From contig JAHQXC010000025.1 of NCBI GenBank assembly GCA_029856525.1, positions 1-16,100 of the forward strand: DNA of 16,100 nucleotides, in the 5' to 3' direction. This DNA comes from Candidatus Odinarchaeia archaeon. GTDB lineage: Archaea; Asgardarchaeota; Odinarchaeia; Odinarchaeales; Odinarchaeaceae. Shown in pieces: positions 1 to 7,889 of this stretch. Each line of letters starts with the position of its first letter. The stretch's first letter is position 1. The notes beneath the pieces were generated by a model. The model had not been told where the DNA came from. It was given only the letters and a program-made list of their open reading frames with translations, and made no database searches. The translations under genes and the position numbers were made by a program.

Positions 1-164
1 CATTTTTTTTCATTATAATATCTCCTCTAAATTTTATTTTTATTTTAATTCTAGTAGTCTTACATATTCTTATAGTGAATCTACGACATATTTTAATTTG
101 TGTTTTTATATGATACTTTATTTAATATTTTAATACTGTCAAAGATTATACTGGCGGTGTGGTT

Positions 165-932
165 ATGTACTATTCTTTTTTCATAGGTCCGGCTGGCTCA
201 GGGAAGTCTTCGCTAGTTGATTGTGTAGCTAAATGGTTGGATGATCATAATATAGACGCGACCACCGTCAACCTCGATCCGGGTGTGGTGACATTACCAT
301 ATGGAGCGGATGTTGATGTTCGAAACTACGTTGATATTGAGAGAATCATTTTAGATTATAATCTAGGTCCTAACGGTGCTTTAATCGCGGCTGCTGATAT
401 TATGGCTGCTAAAATAAACGATATACAAAAAGAGATCCAGGATTTAGGTAACGAAATTGTTTTAGTTGACACACCGGGGCAAATGGAGCTTTTTACGTAT
501 AGGGCTTCAGGCCAGTTTATAGTTGAGTCATTCGGTCGCAGAAATTGCATGGTTTTCTTTCTGATAGATCCGACTCTGGCTAAAAACCCATCCGATTTCG
601 TCTCAATTCTCTTATTAAGCTTGTCAACTCAATTCCGTTTTAATACCCCTCAGATTAATCTCCTTACAAAGATTGATTTAATCTCAGAGTTGGAGCTTGA
701 AAGAATATTGAGATGGGCGTCTGAACCCTACAGTTTACTGGAATCTTTGAGCGAGGAGGATAGTAGCATCTACCGGGAGCTTGCGATTCAATTATACTAT
801 AGTCTTGAAAACATCGGCTTGTTATCAGAACTCCACCCTGTTTCTATAAAAGATGTAGCAGGCATTGAAAAAATATACGGACAAATTTCGAGAATATTCT
901 TAGGCGGAGAGGACAGTTACCTTAGACAATAA
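165..932 (+). CDS. GPN-loop GTPase (archaeal GPN/PAB0955 family ATP/GTP-binding protein)
   Basis: P-loop GPAGSGKS, NLDPG, signature YNLGPNGA (GPN loop), G3 DTPGQME, G4 TKID. ATG at 165 preferred over GTG at 159 (GGCGGTG upstream). Confidence 0.95.
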   Translation: MYYSFFIGPAGSGKSSLVDCVAKWLDDHNIDATTVNLDPGVVTLPYGADVDVRNYVDIERIILDYNLGPNGALIAAADIMAAKINDIQKEIQDLGNEIVLVDTPGQMELFTYRASGQFIVESFGRRNCMVFFLIDPTLAKNPSDFVSILLLSLSTQFRFNTPQINLLTKIDLISELELERILRWASEPYSLLESLSEEDSSIYRELAIQLYYSLENIGLLSELHPVSIKDVAGIEKIYGQISRIFLGGEDSYLRQ

Positions 933-965
933 ATTTTATAGACCACTATTATAAAATCTATCATT

Positions 966-1715
966 ATGAAGCCGGCTTCCGTGAATATTAAAAAGATTAT
1001 TTCAAATATAACAAGTTCAGGTCGCTGTGTTTTAACAGAGGATGAGAGTAAATCCATTCTTAGAGAGATAGGTATACCATTCCCAGAGTATGAAATAGTA
1101 GGCAGCGCTGAGGAGGCGGCTGAGGCGGCTGAGCGTTTAGGATACCCTGCGGTGCTTAAAATTATATCACCTGACATTATCCATAAGTCGGATTACGGCG
1201 GCGTTATACTCAACTTAGACAATAAAAGAGAAGTGATTGAAGCCTATAATAAAATTTTAGGTAATATTTCAAGAAAAGTATCTAATGCTAAAATCCACGG
1301 AGTTATGGTTTATAAAATGGCTCCGCGGGGTATAGCTGAATTACTAATAGGTGTCTCATACGATGAACAGTTCGGCCACGTGTTAGCCGTCGGATTAGGC
1401 GGTGTATTCGTAGAGTTGTTAAAAGATGTAAGTATAAGGTTGATTCCTATTTCAAAGCTTGAAGCAGAAGATATGCTAAAAGAGTTAAAGTCTTATCCTA
1501 TTCTAACCGGTTATAGAGGTTCAGTGAAGGCTGATATAGATAGCGTTAAACAAACTCTTATTAAAATCTCTGATCTTATCGTTGAAACTCCTGAAATATT
1601 AGAGCTTGACTTAAACCCTGTTATCGTTTATGAAAAAGGCTTAACCGTAGTCGACGCTAGGATAATACTTGCCGGTAGGGTTAGACCCCTTTTTAATATT
1701 AAAGAAAATGTTTGA
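966..1715 (+). CDS. acdB: ADP-forming acetate/acyl-CoA ligase beta subunit (ATP-grasp)
   Basis: LTEDESKSIL, GYPAVLKIISPDIIHKSDYGGV, ELLIG...DEQFG, GLGGVFVELLKD, ELDLNPV, VVDARI are typical of ACD beta/ATP-grasp_5 domains. No alpha subunit in the window. Confidence 0.92.
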   Translation: MKPASVNIKKIISNITSSGRCVLTEDESKSILREIGIPFPEYEIVGSAEEAAEAAERLGYPAVLKIISPDIIHKSDYGGVILNLDNKREVIEAYNKILGNISRKVSNAKIHGVMVYKMAPRGIAELLIGVSYDEQFGHVLAVGLGGVFVELLKDVSIRLIPISKLEAEDMLKELKSYPILTGYRGSVKADIDSVKQTLIKISDLIVETPEILELDLNPVIVYEKGLTVVDARIILAGRVRPLFNIKENV

Positions 1716-2918
1716 AATAATATTTATACTCTTTTTCAAATCCTCTACACCGCTCTCCGTTCTTTTATTTTTAAAAGAAAGCATTTTAGCAATGAAAGAG
1801 AATGCAAGCGTGGTTTTACGAGCAAACTCTGGAAGTGAATTCAATATATTAGTAGGCAGGGCGAGCTCGTTTTCAAACCCTATTATAATACTTCCTATGT
1901 TATTCAAAAGAATCCTCGTATCTATAGATAAATCTTGATTTGAAAGATCTTCATAAAAACTTCTAAGCGAAAGAGAATAGTCTTCACCGAATATTGAACG
2001 GCGAATACTATTATAAATACTTAAAACCATTCTGTAATCGTTTTCATCAAATTTAATAGAGCCTCTCGCATACTGGATAAAAAGATAGATTATTTGAATT
2101 AAAGATTTAAGCTCACTGTAGAATCCAGGCTTCTCCTCGATTATAGTCCTTAAAACCATGTTATCTAATATTCTCTCAACAAGGTTTTCAGCTAAATTAT
2201 TCTGCTCTAAATCCTCCATATACTCTAAAAGGCGCATAATATTTTCCTTTCTAATAAAATTCTTCACGTTAAATAATATATCGAATTCGAATACTGGTAG
2301 TCTGAAACATACCGTTCTATAAAGCTCATAACTTTTTAAAACACTATCCGAGCTTAACCGTTCCTCCCCCTTAGATGAAGACAATAATAGGGCTAGAATA
2401 ATAATAGTGTAACGTATTAGTAGAATAAATTTTTCTTGAATAATCCGCTCGCTTCCACTAAATATTTGAGTCACATACAGTGTAAACCGTTTAATAATCT
2501 CTTTGAAAGCATTCTTCGCGTTAAAAGAAATCTCTAGGTTACAACATTTTCTAAGCTCCGATAAGAAATTCCATTGAAGATTTTTAAGATTTCTAAATGT
2601 TCTACCTTCAGCTAACTCAGACCATAATCTTTCAGTGGAATAAAATTCAATAAAGTATAATGCTTTATGCAGATCCTCTCTATCAACACTGCTATGATTC
2701 TTTTTTAAGCTTACAGTTTTCGCAAAGAAAACTGTGAATGCTTCAAGCATTTTCATAAAACGTGTATTAGCTAATCCGTCTCCTGAGAGTTTATCGCCTA
2801 TATTTTTTAAGTATTTTCTAAGCTCCTCAGCCGCTTCTGGTTTAAACTTTAAATCTACAAATTTTCGGTAGAAATCTAAAGTCGTATTAAGCTTATCCAA
2901 AGCTTTCACCATGTACAC
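1641..2918 (-). CDS. Hypothetical all-helical protein with four ~100-aa repeats; candidate tandem histone-fold (or AAA+ lid-like) protein
   Basis: Intact 425-aa ORF. Repeat-end motifs HSSVDREDLHKAL (aa75-87), EERLSSDSVLKSY (185-197), SIKFDENDYRMVL (287-299) and RTESGVEDLKKSI (386-398), spaced 110/102/99 aa. The CDS is confident; the fold call is tentative. Confidence 0.6.
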   Translation of the reverse strand: MYMVKALDKLNTTLDFYRKFVDLKFKPEAAEELRKYLKNIGDKLSGDGLANTRFMKMLEAFTVFFAKTVSLKKNHSSVDREDLHKALYFIEFYSTERLWSELAEGRTFRNLKNLQWNFLSELRKCCNLEISFNAKNAFKEIIKRFTLYVTQIFSGSERIIQEKFILLIRYTIIILALLLSSSKGEERLSSDSVLKSYELYRTVCFRLPVFEFDILFNVKNFIRKENIMRLLEYMEDLEQNNLAENLVERILDNMVLRTIIEEKPGFYSELKSLIQIIYLFIQYARGSIKFDENDYRMVLSIYNSIRRSIFGEDYSLSLRSFYEDLSNQDLSIDTRILLNNIGSIIIGFENELALPTNILNSLPEFARKTTLAFSFIAKMLSFKNKRTESGVEDLKKSINIISNIFFNIKKGSNPTGKYYPSVDYG

Positions 2919-2988
2919 TAAAATTATTAGTTTTAAAATTATATTATTATTACCTTGAAATAATATTAAATTTAATTATCTTTGATGA
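2919..2988. promoter_or_regulatory. AT-rich divergent promoter region shared by the four-repeat gene and tatD
   Basis: 70-bp, very AT-rich spacer between divergent starts, with several TTTAAA/TTATA-like elements. Individual TATA boxes cannot be assigned. Confidence 0.45.
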
Positions 2989-3777
2989 GTGGTTTATATG
3001 CCAGTTTACAAGCTTATCGACTCTCATTGCCATGTTTTCTCACATGAATTCGACGAAGATCGTTTAAATGTTTTAAAAAGAGCTTACGATATAGGTGTGG
3101 TAGGCGTTATCGAATCAGCGTTAGATTTAAAAACAGCTTTAAAAGTTTTACGTGAAGTAAAGTATCCTTCTTCTAATATCAAAATTTATCTATCTGTAGG
3201 CTTAAACCCTTGTTGTATAACCGGGAGTATTTTTAATGAAACCTACAGTTTCATAGAAGAAAATTTCAGGGAGCTTACAGCGATAGGAGAAGTTGGTTTA
3301 GACTTCTATTTAACACAGGATTCTACAGGAAGAGAGAAACAGATCTCATATTTTAAAAGATTTATTTCACTTTCTAAAGAAATGAATCTACCAATTATAG
3401 TGCATAGTAGAAGCGCTGGTAAATACGCTATTCAAATATTAGTTGAGGAGAAAGCTGAGAGAGTTCTGCTACACGCTTTCGACGGCTCTTTCAAATCAGC
3501 TAAGCTTGGTGTTGAAAACGGTTTTTTCTTCAGTATCCCTCCTTCTATAACTTACAGTATACAGAAACAGAGGCTTGTTGAGAAATTACCTTTAGATCTA
3601 ATCCTCCTTGAAACCGATTCACCATCCCTTTCCCCGGTTAGAAATATTAGAAACACTCCTGAAAACTTAGTTATATCTCTAAGAGAAGTTGCTAGAATTA
3701 AAAAAATAGATTTAATTAATGTGGCGGAAACAGTTTTTAGAAACACAGTTAAATTATTCGACTTAAAAAATTTATAA
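2989..3777 (+). CDS. tatD: TatD family metal-dependent hydrolase/DNase
   Basis: IDSHCH, IGEVGLD, VHSR, LHAF and LLETDSP metal-binding motifs. Alternative start ATG 2998. Confidence 0.95.
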   Translation: MVYMPVYKLIDSHCHVFSHEFDEDRLNVLKRAYDIGVVGVIESALDLKTALKVLREVKYPSSNIKIYLSVGLNPCCITGSIFNETYSFIEENFRELTAIGEVGLDFYLTQDSTGREKQISYFKRFISLSKEMNLPIIVHSRSAGKYAIQILVEEKAERVLLHAFDGSFKSAKLGVENGFFFSIPPSITYSIQKQRLVEKLPLDLILLETDSPSLSPVRNIRNTPENLVISLREVARIKKIDLINVAETVFRNTVKLFDLKNL

Positions 3778-3931
3778 TTTCACATAGATTTGATGCGAAA
3801 TATTTATTTATCAAATACACGCATTTTTAAAACGGTTTCATGCAATAATTGAAGTGTAGAGGAAGATAAAGCTTAATATATCTCCTTCAGCTCAATGAAG
3901 AGAAAGGGAGCATCTTTTAGAGGCTGAGAAT

Positions 3932-4798
3932 TTGTCAGAGGAGCTGATAAGTCGATTAGAAGAGTTGAAGATTAAATCTACTGAAATCAAAAAACAAAGA
4001 GACGAGTATAATGAAATAGCTAAAAGGTACGCTGAAGAAAGAGATGCTAAAAATGCTCAGATATCCTCTCTGCTAGCGCAAGCTAAAGAGAAGAAAAATC
4101 TGAGAGATGATTTAAATTCGAAAGTAGCAAGTCTTAAAACTAAAAGAGAAGAGTTAGAAAAAACTAACGAGCAGCTTTTAAAAGAGTATAATAAGTTAAA
4201 AGAAGAGTTAGCTGCTTTAAACCCGCCTAGAACACCGCTTAAAACTCTTAAAAATAGGGTTAAAGATCTTGAATGGAAACTGCAAACTAATGTTCTCTCA
4301 TTAGAAAAAGAGAAAGAGATAGTTAAAGAAATATCTGAATTAGAGAAACTAATCGAAGATAAGAAAAAAGCTGACGAGTTGAAAAACCAACTAATCTTAT
4401 ATAAGACTCAGATTGCCGCTAACAAGCTTGAACTAAAGAATATTAAAAACATGATTATCGATACTGCTAAATCATCTCAAAACGAGCATAACACTATGGC
4501 TGAGATTTACAAACAGGTTGACGAGGTTAGAAAACAGGCTGATGAACTTCACAACAAATTTCTTGAAGCTAAAGCGAAGGCAGACGAATATCATAATCAA
4601 TACTTAGAAATAAGAAAGCAAATGAAGGAAATCATAGATAAAATACACCAGTTAAAGTTAAAAGATAAAGAGGAGAAAGAAAAACTTATAGAGCAGAGAA
4701 TAAACCAGCTTCTTAAGACAGCTCAAGAAAAATTGAATGCAGGAGAGAAACTCAGCTTCGAAGAGTTCCAGGTTTTAATGGAGAAAGGGTTAATATAA
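3932..4798 (+). CDS. Conserved archaeal coiled-coil protein (COG1340-like)
   Basis: K/E-rich heptads, RDEYN/RDAKN/RDDLN repeats, LEWKLQTNVLSLEKEKEIVKEISELE and C-terminal KLSFEEFQ recalled for this family. TTG start. Confidence 0.8.
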   Translation: MSEELISRLEELKIKSTEIKKQRDEYNEIAKRYAEERDAKNAQISSLLAQAKEKKNLRDDLNSKVASLKTKREELEKTNEQLLKEYNKLKEELAALNPPRTPLKTLKNRVKDLEWKLQTNVLSLEKEKEIVKEISELEKLIEDKKKADELKNQLILYKTQIAANKLELKNIKNMIIDTAKSSQNEHNTMAEIYKQVDEVRKQADELHNKFLEAKAKADEYHNQYLEIRKQMKEIIDKIHQLKLKDKEEKEKLIEQRINQLLKTAQEKLNAGEKLSFEEFQVLMEKGLI

Positions 4799-4824
4799 AA
4801 GTTATTTTTGCCTTTGTGACATAT

Positions 4825-5484
4825 ATGGAGATTAGAATCATCTACGATAATAATTCCAAGCCAGGCTTTATTTCTTCCCACGGGTTTTCGTGTTTAATAG
4901 ACGCTCAGGATGGATATCTTTTATTCGATACAGGCTGGAGCGGGCCTATTCTTCTTGAAAATCTTAGAAGATTTAATATTAACATTGAAAAAATAAAATA
5001 CGTTTTTCTATCCCATTTCCACTGGGATCATATAGGAGGCCTCCCTGACATACTCCAATATATTAAACCAGTAGTATACGCGTTAAGCTCGTTCTCAACT
5101 AATTTTAAAAACGAAGTTAAAAAAATAACTGAATTAATCGAAGTTAAAGATAAAATAGAGATAATACCAGATTTCATATCCACAGGCCCTCTCTCAAATA
5201 AAAACATAGTTGAGCAATCCCTCATAATAAGACACCGGAGTAAGATTATACTAATAACCGGCTGCGCTCATCCAGGTTTAGAGAGAATAATTGAAAAAAC
5301 AGAGGAATTCGGAGAAATAAACTATCTCATCGGGGGATTCCACGACTTTAACAACTTAGATATTTTAAAACACATCGATAATATTCTACCCTGTCATTGT
5401 ACAAAACTCAGAGATAAAATTCTAGAGAGATACAGCGAGAAAGCTAGAGGGATAGGCGCAGGCTCAGTAATAAGAATAGAATAG
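4825..5484 (+). CDS. MBL-fold metallo-hydrolase (COG1237, MptE/7,8-dihydropterin-related synthase-like family)
   Basis: HGFSCLI, LLFDTG, LSHFHWDHIGG, TGCAHPG, IGGFH, PCHCT. ATG 4825 preferred over GTG 4816. Exact substrate unknown. Confidence 0.88.
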   Translation: MEIRIIYDNNSKPGFISSHGFSCLIDAQDGYLLFDTGWSGPILLENLRRFNINIEKIKYVFLSHFHWDHIGGLPDILQYIKPVVYALSSFSTNFKNEVKKITELIEVKDKIEIIPDFISTGPLSNKNIVEQSLIIRHRSKIILITGCAHPGLERIIEKTEEFGEINYLIGGFHDFNNLDILKHIDNILPCHCTKLRDKILERYSEKARGIGAGSVIRIE

Positions 5485-5539
5485 TTTTATCTTTATTTAT
5501 GTAAATGGAGCTTATAATTAGACTTGCGGTTAATCTTCA

Positions 5540-5668
5540 ATATCTTATTCTGCTATTTAGAGTTCGAAATGTAGCTGACTTCTTAGACTAGTGTTTTGCA
5601 CAGACTTGGATAAGGGTGATTCCACGACAGGTAATACTCTGGTATTCAATGTTTTCTTAGAGCAGCAT
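5540..5668 (-). pseudogene. Second, short tnpB-like fragment (IEYKA...V.PK.TSK region)
   Basis: Minus-strand translation MLL*ENIEYQSITCRGITLIQVCAKH*SKKSATFRTLNSRIRY resembles the TnpB consensus l...IEYKA...GI.v..V.p..TS..C. It has in-frame stops and has lost the Zn-finger cysteines. Confidence 0.5.
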
Positions 5669-5702
5669 GTTGTCGATTAACCGTTTTGGGGTTTGTAGAT
5701 TT

Positions 5703-6300
5703 TCACCCTTTTCCTCTCACCTTTATTATTAGGGGTTCATGGAGGGCTTCCGCCACTAACAGACGGCGTATGGGGTGTTTTGCGGCTGTGTTCCAGGCTG
5801 CTGCTAGACGCCTGTCAGCTTGGAAGCCCACACTTTGCATTTATAGATACACTTATTCGGCTTATTCAACCCGCCGCATATCAGGCAAATCTTACACGTG
5901 TTTTTTTGTTTCAACAACCTCAGAGTTTATTATTTTGTTCTATCGACTTACAAGCAATCTAGAACCGAATTCCCCTGACATCCTCTTTCATCGTATAATG
6001 CTTCTCTAAGCTCATCGAAATAGACTTCTATAAATGACTATACAAATCCATCTATTCAGAAACAGCTGATAAACCCATGCCTAGGGGGCCCTTATACTCG
6101 TCAAGAGATTGCCTGTAAAATAGGTTGCGCTTAACATCATCCCTAAAATATTTGTAGTCCGCGGTTGTGATTAAGCTAGCTGTGTTATAAGATGCCGAGT
6201 TGATTTAGCTTAAATCTTATTTCAAGGACAGCTTACTAAATAAGCGATTTAGATTCTTTTAAATATTCGCAGTTAGGCTATCGTTATAAACTATTAAATT
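5703..6300 (-). pseudogene. tnpB: Degraded IS200/IS605-family tnpB (RuvC/Zn-ribbon) remnant
   Basis: Minus strand, in TnpB order: RuvC-I-like *DLS*INSA (D codon 6214-6216); RuvC-II-like EDVRGIR (5965-5985); F*IACKS...EVVE.KNTCK; Zn ribbon CLICG (5873-5887) and CKV[C]G (5826-5839, 1-nt deletion); ADRRLAAAWNTA (5819-5784); stop TGA 5703-5705. Several stops and frameshifts. Confidence 0.8.
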
Positions 6301-6309
6301 AGGGTTATA

Positions 6310-6792
6310 TTAGGCAGCTGATTTGCTGAAGTCTATTGTAATATCTGAGATGTTTTTCAGCATTTCCACGTCTACCCGGCTGCCTTCAGGGTTTATCGCA
6401 ATAATTTTTTTACCTTTCTCTCTCCCCTTATTTAATAACTGTAGAAACTCCTCGTTTCCCGTCGAGATCGCAACTGCTTCTATTTTCGGATTATATATTA
6501 TATCCATAGCTTCTAGGATAAAGTATACGTCAGTTTCACTAGCTCTTATCACTACCTCGAAACCTAGTTTTTGAATTTTTTTAGTTTCATCTTCAACCGG
6601 TAAATTTTTAACAATTAATTTAGCTGTGCGTATTTTACCGACTTCTTCAACAGCTTTTTTAATATTATTTAATTGGTTTAGTATGTTTTCTTTTTCCAGA
6701 CTTAAACCGTCAACTATTAGCGCGATATTAGAGATTTTTTTTAGCTTACTTGTAATAATCTCTTTTATACCCTTCTTTTTACTCTCCTTCAT
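6310..6792 (-). CDS. NYN/DUF88 (TIGR00288/COG1432-like, PIN-like fold) protein with altered catalytic motifs
   Basis: IALIVDG, GFEVV, TDVYFILEAMDIIYNPKIEAVAISTGNEEF..LLNKGREKGKKII closely parallels the recalled TIGR00288 pattern DVDV..AVEAMELIYNPNID.VALVTRDADF.P..NKAKENGK. Confidence 0.85.
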   Translation of the reverse strand: MKESKKKGIKEIITSKLKKISNIALIVDGLSLEKENILNQLNNIKKAVEEVGKIRTAKLIVKNLPVEDETKKIQKLGFEVVIRASETDVYFILEAMDIIYNPKIEAVAISTGNEEFLQLLNKGREKGKKIIAINPEGSRVDVEMLKNISDITIDFSKSAA

Positions 6793-7029
6793 ATTATCTC
6801 GCCTAATGCTTCAATTTCGCTGAAATTTATTCAGATTCTAATAGGTATATTTATTTAATAATATGTTAACAACTGTTTTTTACATTTTTAACCTCTCAAG
6901 TTAACGTTTACCCTTAGTGTTAATATTTATATGGGATCTTCTCATATTAGAATTTATTTTAAGCTTTCAAATATTTTTATAATTTATCATATATTTTTTA
7001 AGTGGTTAACTTAATTAACAGTTATGGTA

Positions 7030-7797
7030 CTACTTGCCGAATCTTCTTTTTCTTTTCTGGTATACTCTTATCGCTCTCCAAAGATCTATTTCGCGAACTT
7101 CAGGCCAGTAGACATCGCAGAAATATAGTTCAGAGTACGCGGATTGCCATAAAAGGAAATTTGATAATCTCTCTTCACCGGATGTTCGAATTATTAGATC
7201 AGGGTCAGGTAACCCTGCTGTGTAAAGATACTGGCTTACGAGGTTTTCATTTATATCCTCAATTTTTAAAACGCCTTTATACACGTTTTCAGCGATTTTT
7301 TTAATAGCATCAGTTAACTCTCCTCTTCCACTGTAACCGATCGCTATATTTAAGAAGTGTCTGCTATAATTTTCCGTCTCCCTCTCCGCCGCCTCTATTA
7401 TTGGTAGAAGACTTGGAGTTAACAGATCTTTTCTTCCTAAAGCTTTTACGCGTACTTGGTTTTTTTTAATGGTTGGATCTGTTAAAAGTTCTTGGAATTT
7501 TTCTTTAGCAATCTCGAATAAATGCTCGACTTCCTCTCGATCTCTTTGAAGATTTTCAATAGATAAAGCGTATAATGTTACTATTTTAATGTTTAAATGC
7601 CAACACCATTTTAAGAAATCTCTGACTTTTTCAGCTCCTATTTTATGGCCTAAAAGAGGATTTAACCCTCTTTCACGTGCGTATCTTCTATTTCCATCAA
7701 GTATTACTCCTATATGTTGGGGCATATCCCCGTTTTTTATCTGCCTCCATAACTTCCATTTATAGATTTTATAGATTGGTCTCAGTAAATTCACCAT
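7030..7797 (-). CDS. uppS: Cis-prenyltransferase (polyprenyl/undecaprenyl diphosphate synthase)
   Basis: PQHIGVILDGNRRYA, GHKIG, LYALSIEN..R, DPDLIIRTSGEERLSNFLLWQSAYSELYF, C-terminal RRFG. Confidence 0.97.
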   Translation of the reverse strand: MVNLLRPIYKIYKWKLWRQIKNGDMPQHIGVILDGNRRYARERGLNPLLGHKIGAEKVRDFLKWCWHLNIKIVTLYALSIENLQRDREEVEHLFEIAKEKFQELLTDPTIKKNQVRVKALGRKDLLTPSLLPIIEAAERETENYSRHFLNIAIGYSGRGELTDAIKKIAENVYKGVLKIEDINENLVSQYLYTAGLPDPDLIIRTSGEERLSNFLLWQSAYSELYFCDVYWPEVREIDLWRAIRVYQKRKRRFGK

Positions 7798-7889
7798 TTA
7801 AATAAACCTCTTATTTTAAGAATTAAATAACCCGGTTAATAGACTCTTATTATTTAACGTGTTCGGTTAATATTTTAGCTGATCTCCGC

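Noticed and set aside
3880-3905. Small hairpin CTTCA-gctcaa-TGAAG upstream of the coiled-coil gene
   Set aside because: The stem is too short to separate from chance, and there is no other support for a regulatory role.
3932-4798. Coiled-coil protein as an SMC, ESCRT-III or cytoskeletal eukaryotic signature protein
   Set aside because: There is no ATPase head or Snf7-type pattern, and its motifs fit the widespread archaeal COG1340-like family.
5686-6009. ORFs 5686-6009 (+) and 5780-5962 (+)
   Set aside because: They are antisense shadows of the tnpB remnant, with no RBS and no recognisable protein features.
6793-7029. Several GTTAAC palindromes in the AT-rich spacer upstream of the NYN gene
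   Set aside because: GTTAAC also occurs often inside coding regions of this window and shows no fixed spacing here, so it is consistent with composition bias.
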